Shown here: positions 18,890-27,834 of the stretch, in pieces
Position numbering within the stretch: position 1 is the stretch's first letter
Layout of the letters: each line of letters opens with the position of its first letter
Source: Dehalococcoidia bacterium
GTDB lineage: Bacteria > Chloroflexota > Dehalococcoidia > Lucifugimonadales > UBA3495
DNA length: 64,000 nucleotides
Direction: 5' to 3'
Assembly: GCA_034428795.1 (NCBI GenBank)
Contig: DAOUHF010000146.1
Span: forward strand, 7,197 to 71,196
The notes under the pieces: model-generated
Databases searched by the model: none
Told to the model about the DNA's origin: nothing
The model's input: the letters and a program-made list of their open reading frames with translations, nothing else
Made by a program: the position numbers and the translations under genes

Positions 18890-19840
18890 TCACCACCAGA
18901 TCTTGCCTTGGGACTCTTCCCGGAGCTGGTCGTAGTCTTTGGTCCAAAGGCTGGTGCTCAGGTATTTCCATCCGCCGTCGGCCAGCAGGCATACGATGGT
19001 CCCCGACTCCATCCGCTCGGCCTGCCGTATGGCGCCATAGACCACCGAGCCCGACGATACGCCGGCGAAAATTCCCTCTTCGTTCAGCAGCCGCTTGGCC
19101 GTGTGGAAGGCCTCGAAGCTGCCCACCAACATCCGGGAGTCCAGCAGGTTGATATCCAGGATTGGTGGTATGAAGCCCTCTTCCAGGCTGCGCAGGCCCG
19201 AGATGAAGTCTTCCGGCTCCGGAGCGACCGCCACGATCTTGACCTCGGGGTTGTGTTCCTTCAGCCGCCGGGCAACCCCCATGAGCGTGCCGCCGGTACC
19301 CAGCCCCGCCACGAACATGTCGACTTCCGGAAGGGCGCCGATTATTTCCGGCCCGGTGGTCTCGTAGTGGGCCCCCGGGTTGCCGCTGTTGCCGTACTGG
19401 TACATCATGACGTAGTCGTGAGGATTTTTCTCCACCAAGTCTTGGGCCACCTCGATGGAACCGTTGGTGCCACGGGAACCGTCGGAGGAGATAATTTCGG
19501 CGCCGTAAGCCTCCAGCAGTTGTACCCGCTCGACGCTGACGTTTTCCGGCATCACCACCGCTACTTTGTACCCTTTGAGCCGTCCGATCATGGCCAGGGA
19601 GATGCCGGTGTTGCCGCTGGTGGGTTCCAGGATGGTGCGGGCGGCGCCAAGCTCGCCGTCGGCTTCGGCCTGCTCGATCATCTTGAGGCCGATACGGTCC
19701 TTAACGCTGCCGGTGGGGTTCTGGCCCTCCAGCTTGGCGAAGATGCGGACGCCCTCCTTCGGGCTCATGTTCTGCAACTCCACAACCGGCGTGTTGCCGA
19801 TGATGGCCAGGATTCCTTTGTAAGTCAGCTTCGTAGCCAT
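18890..19840 (-). CDS. Cysteine synthase family PLP enzyme (CysM/CysK-like)
   Basis: IGNTPVVEL...KLEGQNPTGSVKDRIGLKMI (PLP lysine motif), SGNTGISLA and GTGGT. Confidence 0.85.
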   Translation of the reverse strand: MATKLTYKGILAIIGNTPVVELQNMSPKEGVRIFAKLEGQNPTGSVKDRIGLKMIEQAEADGELGAARTILEPTSGNTGISLAMIGRLKGYKVAVVMPENVSVERVQLLEAYGAEIISSDGSRGTNGSIEVAQDLVEKNPHDYVMMYQYGNSGNPGAHYETTGPEIIGALPEVDMFVAGLGTGGTLMGVARRLKEHNPEVKIVAVAPEPEDFISGLRSLEEGFIPPILDINLLDSRMLVGSFEAFHTAKRLLNEEGIFAGVSSGSVVYGAIRQAERMESGTIVCLLADGGWKYLSTSLWTKDYDQLREESQGKIWW

Positions 19841-19918
19841 ACGTCCTGAAAGTCCGCTGCCCGCCTGCCTGAATGTGGGCAGTGGAGCCGGTTATCGGTT
19901 GATGCCGGCCGCCGCCGG

Positions 19919-20767
19919 TTAGTCCAGGGCGGCGGCGGCAGGTTCGTGTTGTGGCTCGGCTACCCCGCAGAACACCTCGTAGTCGATCAACTCGGTGACG
20001 GTGGGACTGTCTCCGCACAGCGGGCATTTCGGATTCCGCTTCAGCCGCACTTCCCGGAAGCTCATGCTGAGGGCGTCGATGAGCAGCAACCGCGAACTGA
20101 GTGAGTCGCCGATGCCCAGGAAATACTTGAGGGCTTCGGTGGCCTGGATGCTGCCGACGAGTCCGGTTAGAGCGCCCAGGACCCCAGCCTCGGCGCAGTT
20201 GGGGACCATCCCCGGAGGCGGAGGTGAAGGGAACAAGCAACGGTAGCAGCCTTCGCCGGGCAGGAATACGGTGGCCTGTCCGTCGAAGATCAGGATACTG
20301 CCGTCCACCAACGGCTTGTTCAACAGATAGCAGGCGTCGTTCACCAGGTAACGAGTGGCGAAATTGTCGGCGCCGTTGATGACCAGATCGTATTGGCTGA
20401 TGATATCCATGGCGTTGTCGGACTCGAGCCGGGTCTCGTGGAGCACCACGTTTACGTCGGGATTGTAGGACTTGATGTTGTCCAACGCCGACTGCACCTT
20501 GGGCCGGCCTACGTCCGAGGTGTGGTGCAACACCTGCCGTTGCAGGTTGGACAGTTCCACGACGTCGAAATCGACTATCCCGACGGTGCCAACCCCGGCC
20601 AAGGACAGGTAGATCGCCGAAGGAGAGCCCAAGCCGCCAGCGCCGATGATCAACGCCTTGGCTTGCATCAGTGCCCGTTGGCCCTTGCTGCCAACGTCGT
20701 TCATTATGATGTGGCGGCTGTACCGCTTCACTTGGTCCGGCGTGAGCGCTATGGGTTGCGTGGCCAT
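19919..20767 (-). CDS. MoeB/ThiF-family sulfur-carrier adenylyltransferase
   Basis: RYSRHIIMNDVGSKGQRAL..AKALIIGAGGLGSPSAIYLSLAGVG..GIVDFDVVELSNLQRQ, plus the zinc CxxC pairs CYRC...CPLC. No rhodanese domain. Confidence 0.85.
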   Translation of the reverse strand: MATQPIALTPDQVKRYSRHIIMNDVGSKGQRALMQAKALIIGAGGLGSPSAIYLSLAGVGTVGIVDFDVVELSNLQRQVLHHTSDVGRPKVQSALDNIKSYNPDVNVVLHETRLESDNAMDIISQYDLVINGADNFATRYLVNDACYLLNKPLVDGSILIFDGQATVFLPGEGCYRCLFPSPPPPGMVPNCAEAGVLGALTGLVGSIQATEALKYFLGIGDSLSSRLLLIDALSMSFREVRLKRNPKCPLCGDSPTVTELIDYEVFCGVAEPQHEPAAAALD

Positions 20768-20792
20768 CTCTTCGGTCCCTCCGCACTTTAAT

Positions 20793-20849
20793 CAAACAAA
20801 AAGCCTGCGTTTACCCCCAGGGCAACCCCATTCGGGTGGACGCAGGCTT
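20793..20849 (-). terminator. Intrinsic-terminator-like hairpin inside the moeB leader (candidate attenuator)
   Basis: On the minus strand: AAGCCTGCGT (20849-20840) ... ACGCAGGCTT (20810-20801) followed by TTTTGTTTG. It ends only about 30 nt before the moeB ATG (20767). Confidence 0.5.
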
Positions 20850-21079
20850 GGAAACCGTGGTTCCGGCCTACCCCCTATGTGGGGGGACAGGTACAGGAGT
20901 AAATTGGCGTTTTGATGGCTGGAATCTTCAACTTTCGGAGTCTATATCCGGCCCAATCCGTTGTCAACCGCACTAACGCGCAACGGCGTGGGAACCGTTC
21001 AGACCAACCTACGGCAGTCGCCAATCCCCGGCAGTTGCCAATCTGGCAATCGATCGAAGGGGGCGTCCTGTCGTCGTCG

Positions 21080-21517
21080 CTACGCGGTCTGTGCCGCCAG
21101 GCTCAACTGGCGCTCGGCCAGGTCGGCTACGCTGATGTTGGTGAGGAGGTCTCGGATGGAGTCTTCCACCAACTGCCACACTTCCTGCTGGGCGCAGGAG
21201 TCTGAAAAGACACAATCATCGGGGTTGGCCAAGCAGTCCAAGGGCGAGTTACCGGAATCCAGCCTTGTCATGACCATGCTCAGATTGATCTCTTTCGGGT
21301 CGATAGCCAAGGCATGGCCGCCTTGGGGGCCCCGCCGGCTGCTGATGAACCCGAGCTTGTTGAGGGACGCCATCAGTTGGTCCAGGTAGGCTTCGGGTAT
21401 CCCCTGCCTCGTGGCGATTTGCCCGGTCTGAACGTAACCATCCCCGTAGTTCAGGGCCAGCTCAACCAGAGCGCGTACCCCGTAATCTACTTTCATGGGG
21501 ATTTTCATCAGACGCAC
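21080..21517 (-). CDS. Rrf2-family transcriptional regulator (CymR/IscR-like)
   Basis: KVDYGVRALVELALNYGDGYVQTGQIATRQGIPEAYLDQLMASLNKLGFISSRRGPQGGHAL. Three-Cys region CLANPDDCVFSDSC. The start is ambiguous among M1, M4 and M8. Confidence 0.85.
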   Translation of the reverse strand: MRLMKIPMKVDYGVRALVELALNYGDGYVQTGQIATRQGIPEAYLDQLMASLNKLGFISSRRGPQGGHALAIDPKEINLSMVMTRLDSGNSPLDCLANPDDCVFSDSCAQQEVWQLVEDSIRDLLTNISVADLAERQLSLAAQTA

Positions 21518-21641
21518 CTCCGGTGCCTAACGGACGTGGAGATTATACATCAGTGCTGTTTCGTTTCCAAGATTGTGTATTTGGGAGGGCAACAATCCCC
21601 GCGGCCGCCAGTCTATAATAGCCGGTGGCAGGCGAAGCCGG

Positions 21642-21690
21642 GGTCGAAGCCGGGGTTAATGCCGCTCCGGCTCCGACCCCGGCTTCGACC
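21642..21690. repeat. Perfect 15-bp inverted repeat with a 19-nt spacer in the divergent intergenic region
   Basis: GGTCGAAGCCGGGGT (21642-21656) and ACCCCGGCTTCGACC (21676-21690) are exact reverse complements. GAAGCCGGGG is also directly duplicated just upstream. Confidence 0.7.
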
Positions 21691-21770
21691 AAATAGGTAC
21701 GCAAGAATCAAGTCGAAGTTGCCAAAGGTTGTCAGACGGGAGGGTCCGATACGCGCGAGGGTCCGATACG

Positions 21771-22115
21771 ATGGTTAAAGGGGTAGCGGTGGGCTTCGGA
21801 GTGATTATATTGCTCGCCCTGATACCCGTCGTACACTTCGTCGGAATCCCCTTAGGCCCATTCGTCGCTGGCTATTATGGCGTCTCCTCGCTGGACTATT
21901 ACGGGGGCTCGGCGGGCCGGAAAGCGGCGGTGTTCGGCGCATGGTTCGGGACTTGGATGCTGGTGGTGTTCGCCATCGCTGCGGCCATTGTCACAGCGGC
22001 CGCGGACTTCGACCGTCTCGTCATCCTGTGGGTGGGAGTGGCGGTCTGCACGCTCTACTACGGGAGCATGTCCGCCCTCGGGGCCTGGTATGCAGAGCTT
22101 CGTGCGGCCTCCTGA
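21771..22115 (+). CDS. Small hypothetical membrane protein (about 3 TM helices)
   Basis: Hydrophobic segments VAVGFGVIILLALIPVV, AVFGAWFGTWMLVVFAIAAAIV and LVILWVGVAVCTLYYG. The ATG at 21771 is preceded by a 14-bp direct repeat. Confidence 0.5.
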   Translation: MVKGVAVGFGVIILLALIPVVHFVGIPLGPFVAGYYGVSSLDYYGGSAGRKAAVFGAWFGTWMLVVFAIAAAIVTAAADFDRLVILWVGVAVCTLYYGSMSALGAWYAELRAAS

Positions 22116-22153
22116 ACCGTCGCGGCAGGGCCGGCTGGCCGTGTTGTTTGCGA

Positions 22154-23098
22154 ATGGGCATGGATAAAACCAGGGCCACCGCTGGTCCCGCCGCCGTGGC
22201 CATCTGGATAAGGGCGCTGTTCAAGACCCTCCGGCCCCTGCAGTGGACCAAGAACGGCCTCGTGTTCCTGCCCTTCGTCTTCGCCGTCAATGTCGCTTGG
22301 TCGGCGGACTCCCTCAGCCTCGTGCCCGATCTCTTGGTGCGGTTGGTGATACTGTTTGTGGCGTTTTGCGCCATGTCCAGCGGCGTCTATCTGCTGAACG
22401 ACCTGATGGACCGGGAGGCCGACCGGAAACACGCGGTGAAACGGCGCCGGCCCCTCGCCTCCGGTCAGGTGAGCGTACCGGCTGCGGTAGCCCTGATGAT
22501 CGTCCTGGAAGCTGCCGGCCTGGCCGTAGTCACGCTGCTGGACCCGCTGCTGGGGCTGGTCGGCCTGGTATATCTGGCAATCAACGTGGGCTACTCCCTG
22601 GGGGCCAAGCGGGTGGTGCTGCTTGACGTCTTTGCCGTCGCCAGCGGCTATGTCATCCGGGCCGCTGCGGGGGCGCTGGCCATCGACGTGGCGCCATCGC
22701 CGTGGCTATACGTAACCACCGGCGCCGGCGCCCTGCTGATCGTCTTGGGGCGGCGGTACGCCGAGGTCCGGCTGGCTGGCGAGAACGCCGCGGAACAGCG
22801 GCCGGTGCTGCGGGCCTACTCCGGGGCCTTCATCAATCAGTTACTGACTGTCTCGGCAACGGCGGCCTGGCTCAGCTATACTTTATACACAATAGAGGCG
22901 GAAAATCTTCCTGACAACGGCGCCATGCTCTTTACCTTGCCCTTCGTGGTGTTCGGGCTGTTCCGGTACCTCTTTCTCTTGAACCACAGTCAGAGGGCCG
23001 AGGCGCCAGAGCAGTTGATCATCCGGGACCTGCCCCTAACGCTGTCTATCATCGGTTGGATTGCGGTCTCCGCCGCCGTTTTGCTGATCAACAGCTGA
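22154..23098 (+). CDS. UbiA-family prenyltransferase, decaprenyl-phosphate phosphoribosyltransferase-like
   Basis: LRPLQWTKNGLVFLPFVFA and NDLMDREADRKHAVKRRRPLASGQVS (the NDxxDxxxD motif and the typical DPPR-synthase context). Multiple TM segments. Start at ATG 22154 or 22160. Confidence 0.7.
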   Translation: MGMDKTRATAGPAAVAIWIRALFKTLRPLQWTKNGLVFLPFVFAVNVAWSADSLSLVPDLLVRLVILFVAFCAMSSGVYLLNDLMDREADRKHAVKRRRPLASGQVSVPAAVALMIVLEAAGLAVVTLLDPLLGLVGLVYLAINVGYSLGAKRVVLLDVFAVASGYVIRAAAGALAIDVAPSPWLYVTTGAGALLIVLGRRYAEVRLAGENAAEQRPVLRAYSGAFINQLLTVSATAAWLSYTLYTIEAENLPDNGAMLFTLPFVVFGLFRYLFLLNHSQRAEAPEQLIIRDLPLTLSIIGWIAVSAAVLLINS

Positions 23099-23132
23099 GA
23101 CGTAACGGACCGGCGGAGAGGAGTTTCAATAT

Positions 23133-24278
23133 ATGCGGAGCCCCGAAGAAAACCCTGCCATGACCGTCCCGGCGGGGACGGCCCCCGCCGTTTCCCGCAC
23201 CGGCCCGCCGGTGGTGGCGGTGGTTGCTACCCGGCCGGAGACGGTGTTGGAGGACATGGGCCGGGCCATGGAGTTGGCGGGGATTACCGAACACCTCTCC
23301 CCGGAGGCGACTACGCTCCTCAAGGTCAACATCTCCTGGCAACACTGGTACCCCGGCTGCTCGACTACCCCTTGGCAGATCGAAGGGGTAGCCGGCGGGC
23401 TGCGGTCCCGGGGTTTCAAAGACCTGGTGGCCGCCCACAACGGCACCGTGGTGGTCGACTCCTACGAAGGAGAGGCCAACAACAGGCACAAGGCCGCCCA
23501 AGACCGCATGGACCTTCCCTCGGTACACTTGGACAGCCTTCCCAACCGCTGGGTGGACTACAAGCCCAAAGCCGAAATGATGGTCTTGGACGAAATCTTC
23601 CCTGAGGGAATCCAGGTCCCCGAGTCGTTCGCCGGCACGAACATCGTGCACCTGCCGACGATGAAGACCCACGTTTTCACCACTATGACCGGCGCGATGA
23701 AGAATGCCTTCGGCGGTCTCCTCCACCGCAAGCGTCACTGGACTCATTCGGTGATTCACGAAACCCTGGTAGACCTGCTGGCCATACAGCAAGAGATTCA
23801 CGCTGGAATATTCGCCGTGATGGACGGCACCTTCGCCGGCGATGGTCCGGGTCCCCGGGCGATGCGCTGGCACATCAAAGACCGGATTCTGGCCAGCGCC
23901 GACCAAGTCGCTATTGACGCCGTGGCGGCGAAGATGATGGGGTTCGACCCCATGGACCTGAAGTTCATCCGGCTGGCCCACGAGCGGGGACTGGGCTGCG
24001 GCGACGTTAGTAAGATCGAGGTGGCGGGGGAGGATATCAGCGAAGTAAACTGGAAATTCTCCGGCGTCGAGAACACCTTTGCCAGCCGCGGGCAGAAGCT
24101 GATCTACTGGGGGCCGTTAAAGCCCATGGAAAAAATGCTGCTCCGGAGCCCCCTTGTCGGGTGGGCTTTCCTCGCCTCCAACCTTTACCACAACGGGTAC
24201 TGGCTCAAGACCAAAGGCAAACGCCGCATTGAAGCCGCCCTGAAAACCGAATGGGGACGGCTTTTCCAGTCGTATTAG
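23133..24278 (+). CDS. DUF362 domain protein
   Basis: LKVNISW...PGCSTTPWQIEGV, TNIVHLPTMKTHVFTTMTGAMKNAFGGL and FAVMDGTFAGDGPGP match the DUF362 pattern as I recall it. Confidence 0.7.
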   Translation: MRSPEENPAMTVPAGTAPAVSRTGPPVVAVVATRPETVLEDMGRAMELAGITEHLSPEATTLLKVNISWQHWYPGCSTTPWQIEGVAGGLRSRGFKDLVAAHNGTVVVDSYEGEANNRHKAAQDRMDLPSVHLDSLPNRWVDYKPKAEMMVLDEIFPEGIQVPESFAGTNIVHLPTMKTHVFTTMTGAMKNAFGGLLHRKRHWTHSVIHETLVDLLAIQQEIHAGIFAVMDGTFAGDGPGPRAMRWHIKDRILASADQVAIDAVAAKMMGFDPMDLKFIRLAHERGLGCGDVSKIEVAGEDISEVNWKFSGVENTFASRGQKLIYWGPLKPMEKMLLRSPLVGWAFLASNLYHNGYWLKTKGKRRIEAALKTEWGRLFQSY

Positions 24279-24298
24279 AAGCCAACGGCAGGTACGAA

Positions 24299-25582
24299 AT
24301 GCCAATTTCCGGCTTGAGAATCACCAACGCCGGCCCGTTTGACGACATCACGTTCGAGTTCGACAAGCAGGTGAATGTCTTTGTTGGCCCGAACAATTCA
24401 GGCAAGTCGACGACGCTGCTGGTACTCGCGGAAATTGCGGTCTTTCCCGTCTGGTTCCCTGAGAAACTCCTCAAGGGCGCCGAGAGCCAATGGCACGTAA
24501 CTCTCATGGACAGCCAGCAGAAATGGCAATCCGAGGGTGTGATTCCCATTGACCTAAGCTCGAATCAAGGCGCGATGGATCTGCTAAGAAAAGTCGGCTT
24601 TACGACCTTCATTCCTGCACTTCGGAGAAGTACTGACTACCGGTCCAAAGGCCCGGCGATTCTTGCCGAACAGCAGGAATTGCATTTCGGAGACCCAGAA
24701 CTGCGAAAACGACAGAACCTTATCGCAACAGACGCTGAACTCGTGAGCGACGAGTCGGTTATTCGTAAGATGATCGATCTGGACTACACGGCCTACCGCC
24801 TGAATCAGCCGCACGTACGCCAGGTCATTGACAAGGTCGCCGGTGTAGCGTCCGAGATCACGGAAGGGTTCCCCATCGAGTTCCTGGGAATCGGCCAAGA
24901 CGAGCGAGGACTCTTCCCGGAATTTCGCACCCCGGACGGTGACCTTCCTTTCAACGTGCTAAGCCAAGGAACTCAATCGATCATCCAATGGCTATCCCAC
25001 TTCCTATTCGGCTACGCTCAATACTATGATTATCCGCAAGGCCTGGTGGAAAAACCTGCCATCCTCATAATCGATGAAATCGACGCCCACCTGCACCCGT
25101 CCTGGCAGAGGCGGATCATCCCCGCCCTGACCGGCAATTTCCCCAACCTGCAAATCTTCTGCTCGACACACTCGCCGTTGATGCTGGCGGGACTGGCCGA
25201 GGGCCAGGTGCAGTTGCTCAGCCGAGACTTGGGCGGGAACGTGACGGTTTCTCGGAACGAGACAGACATGATAGGGTGGTCAGCCGAAGAGATATTGAGT
25301 CACGTTCAAGGTGTTCGGAATCCCACGGATCTGGCAGCGTCGATAGACTTAGACCGGTTGGGGGAGTTGATTTCGAAGACGACCCTAACGGATGAGGAAA
25401 CTGCGGAATTGGAGGAACTCCGGCATCGAGTAGGACAGGCAGTGTCGGCCGGCCCAGCCGCGGCCCAGGTTGAATTCCTCTTCAAACAGGTCAAACAAAT
25501 CTACTCAAGGCCGAAATCCGATTCGGAGCTTCCGGCAAGAACACGGCCGAGGGTAAGGAGAAGGGACAGCGAGCCTTCGTGA
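24299..25582 (+). CDS. ABC/SMC-type AAA ATPase (AAA_15/21-like), PtuA-like
   Basis: Walker A VGPNNSGKST, signature-like LSQGTQS, Walker B ILIIDEIDAHLHP and H-loop CSTHSP. The locus is low in GC. The ATG at 24299 lies just after the DUF362 stop. Confidence 0.75.
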   Translation: MPISGLRITNAGPFDDITFEFDKQVNVFVGPNNSGKSTTLLVLAEIAVFPVWFPEKLLKGAESQWHVTLMDSQQKWQSEGVIPIDLSSNQGAMDLLRKVGFTTFIPALRRSTDYRSKGPAILAEQQELHFGDPELRKRQNLIATDAELVSDESVIRKMIDLDYTAYRLNQPHVRQVIDKVAGVASEITEGFPIEFLGIGQDERGLFPEFRTPDGDLPFNVLSQGTQSIIQWLSHFLFGYAQYYDYPQGLVEKPAILIIDEIDAHLHPSWQRRIIPALTGNFPNLQIFCSTHSPLMLAGLAEGQVQLLSRDLGGNVTVSRNETDMIGWSAEEILSHVQGVRNPTDLAASIDLDRLGELISKTTLTDEETAELEELRHRVGQAVSAGPAAAQVEFLFKQVKQIYSRPKSDSELPARTRPRVRRRDSEPS

Positions 25583-25585
25583 TCG

Positions 25586-26221
25586 ATGCACTGGGTTAAT
25601 CGAGGCGTTGAACCGGCTCGTGTAGCAGCCATACGCTTGCAGTTCACCCAGAGGTGGATAGACCATTTTCAGGGAACCAGGGTCAGGCCAACGGACGCCC
25701 GGTGGCGGGGATTTCACGATGAATTGAGCGAGGTATTTTCTGGGATTTGCGCTTATTGCGAAGAGGAAACCAGAGGAGAAATAGATCACTTCAGGCCGGT
25801 TAGCAGGTTTCCAAGACTGGTATATGAGTGGTCGAATTGGGTTTTTGCTTGTAATCGTATGAAATCAAACCAATGGCCGCCGGACGGATACGTCAATCCG
25901 TGCGCGGAGGACGAACCCGACCGGCCGGAACGCTACTTTGCTCTTGATACGGCATCCGGAATGTTAATCCCAAGGACGGGTATTCCGGTTGACCACCGGC
26001 AGAGAGCTCTCCGAATGATAAATGATCTTGATCTCAATGCCAGATATCACCTCACGAGACGCACACGCTGGCTGAGATCAATTGGCGTCCTATTCGAAAA
26101 CCAAGCTGAAAACTCTGAGGCTGGCTCGCAATTTCTGGATGACGCGGTAGACCGGGGCTCCGCTTTATCCAGCATTGCCCGCACGTTCCTGGAAGAACGT
26201 GGTTTCACAATCGACGACTGA
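25586..26221 (+). CDS. HNH-like nuclease-domain protein (TIGR02646/PtuB-like)
   Basis: CAYCEEETRGEIDHFRPVSRFPRLVYEWSNWVFACNRMKSNQWP follows the C.YCE....h.eHf.P......W.N....C pattern. It starts 3 nt after the ATPase stop. Confidence 0.6.
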   Translation: MHWVNRGVEPARVAAIRLQFTQRWIDHFQGTRVRPTDARWRGFHDELSEVFSGICAYCEEETRGEIDHFRPVSRFPRLVYEWSNWVFACNRMKSNQWPPDGYVNPCAEDEPDRPERYFALDTASGMLIPRTGIPVDHRQRALRMINDLDLNARYHLTRRTRWLRSIGVLFENQAENSEAGSQFLDDAVDRGSALSSIARTFLEERGFTIDD

Positions 26222-26285
26222 ACGGAGACCGGCCCCCGACAGTCCATACCGGTTTACTTGCAGATAAAAAAGACAGGCGATTTAG

Positions 26286-27371
26286 ATGGACATTGCAATC
26301 ATCGGGCTGCCGCAGAGCGGCAAGACTACCTTGTTCAACGCGCTGACTGCGGGGCACTCGGCTACCACCGGCGGCGGGGCCGGGCCTTTGAACGTTGGCG
26401 TCGTGAAAGTGATAGACCCCAGGCTGGCCACTCTTGGGCAGATGTACATGCCCAAGAAGATAGTCCATGCCGAAATCAAGTTTTGGGACTTGCCACTGGC
26501 CGGCGGGGACTCCATTAACCAGTTGTTGAGCGGCCGGCAGCGAAATCTGCTTCAAGCGGCCGACGCGATATTGCTCGTCGTCCGCGCCTTCGACGATCCG
26601 GCCTCGCCCCATCCGATGGGCAGCGTGGACCCGGCCCGCGACCTCGCCGCGATGCTGGGAGAGCTGACGCTGGCCGACCTGGAATCCTTGGAGAGGGCCG
26701 AAGAGCGGTTGGCCAGCAACTTTAATAAATCGAAACCCGACGAGCGCCCCGCTCTCGTGGCCCAGCTCGAGGCCGTGCGCAAGGTGAAGGCAGCCATGGA
26801 GGCTGGCGTTCCCTTACGTCGGCAGGCGCTGACCCCTTCGGAATCGGCGGCGCTCTCGGATTTCCAGCTTCTGACCGGCAAACCGGTCATTGTGGCATTC
26901 AACACCGGGGAGTCGGACGCCGCTCCGACTCTGGACTGCCTGGGCCTCGAGATGGAATCGATCGCCGGCCTCGGCGAAGTAGACCTGTCCGCCAAACTGG
27001 AGGAAGATCTGGCGCTCATGCCGGAGGCCGAGGCCGACGAGTTCCGGACGGCCTTGGGACTGGGTGAACCGGCCATCGAGAGCGTGAAGCGGGTCTGTTA
27101 CGGCACGGTCGGACTGGTCTCTTTCCTCACCGTCGGCGAGGACGAGGTCAGGGCTTGGCCGGTCCCGGACGGGATACCGGCCCAAGACGCGGCCGGAACG
27201 ATTCATACGGACTTTTCCCGTGGGTTCATCCGCGCCGAGGTCATCCGCTACGACGACCTGGTGCGTTGCGGCAGTATCGCCCAAGGCCGCAAAGAGGGCG
27301 TGCTGCGCTCTGAAGGTAAGACCTACGCGGTGAAGGACGGCGACGTCATCAACTTTCTGATTAACGTTTGA
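26286..27371 (+). CDS. ychF: Ribosome-binding ATPase YchF
   Basis: MDIAIIGLPQSGKTTLFNALT (P-loop) and the C-terminal TGS-like domain HTDFSRGFIRAEVIRYDDL...KDGDVINF. Confidence 0.92.
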   Translation: MDIAIIGLPQSGKTTLFNALTAGHSATTGGGAGPLNVGVVKVIDPRLATLGQMYMPKKIVHAEIKFWDLPLAGGDSINQLLSGRQRNLLQAADAILLVVRAFDDPASPHPMGSVDPARDLAAMLGELTLADLESLERAEERLASNFNKSKPDERPALVAQLEAVRKVKAAMEAGVPLRRQALTPSESAALSDFQLLTGKPVIVAFNTGESDAAPTLDCLGLEMESIAGLGEVDLSAKLEEDLALMPEAEADEFRTALGLGEPAIESVKRVCYGTVGLVSFLTVGEDEVRAWPVPDGIPAQDAAGTIHTDFSRGFIRAEVIRYDDLVRCGSIAQGRKEGVLRSEGKTYAVKDGDVINFLINV

Positions 27372-27402
27372 CCATGTAAATTGCGGGAAATTGCCCCCGG
27401 AG

Positions 27403-27765
27403 CTAGCCTTGGTTGATGACTCTCGCGAAGCTTAGCTCGTGGCCGTCGGGGTCGGTGACGTGAAAGTAGCGCTCTCCCCATGGGGCGTCAGCGGGCTGAG
27501 TAGTGGGAGTGAGGCCTAGCGCGGTGAGGCGGCGGTAGTGACCGTCGACGTCGTCTACGTGAAATATCAGGCGGCCCCACCAAGACTGGCCGTCCGGTCC
27601 TCCCAGAATCAGGTTCAGGAAACCTTCCCCAACCCGAAAACTGGTAAAAGACGCTTCCCGCCCGCCGTAGAGGAACTCCAGCCCGACTTGGTCCTGGTAG
27701 AATTCCACGGAACGGGCCATGTCCCGCACCGCCAGGGTAACCGCGCTAATCGTTTCGACGGGCAT
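27403..27765 (-). CDS. VOC/glyoxalase-family protein
   Basis: ISAVTLAVRDMARSVEFYQDQVGLEF ... GERYFHVTDPDGHELSF. The ATG at 27765 is preceded by GGAG. Confidence 0.8.
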   Translation of the reverse strand: MPVETISAVTLAVRDMARSVEFYQDQVGLEFLYGGREASFTSFRVGEGFLNLILGGPDGQSWWGRLIFHVDDVDGHYRRLTALGLTPTTQPADAPWGERYFHVTDPDGHELSFARVINQG

Positions 27766-27834
27766 TATAATGCTCCATGCTGTTGGATCCCAGTCCGGCC
27801 CTGTCGGCAATCGGACGGACTCGCGCAGCGGGCG

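Noticed and set aside
20768-20950. Assigning the moeB leader to a known class (SAM-I/II/IV, SAH, T-box).
   Set aside because: I could not find the defining conserved strings (for example the T-box AGGGUGGNACCGCG or the SAH AGGAGCGCUGC...AACGGCGCUCAC). It is reported only as an unclassified candidate.
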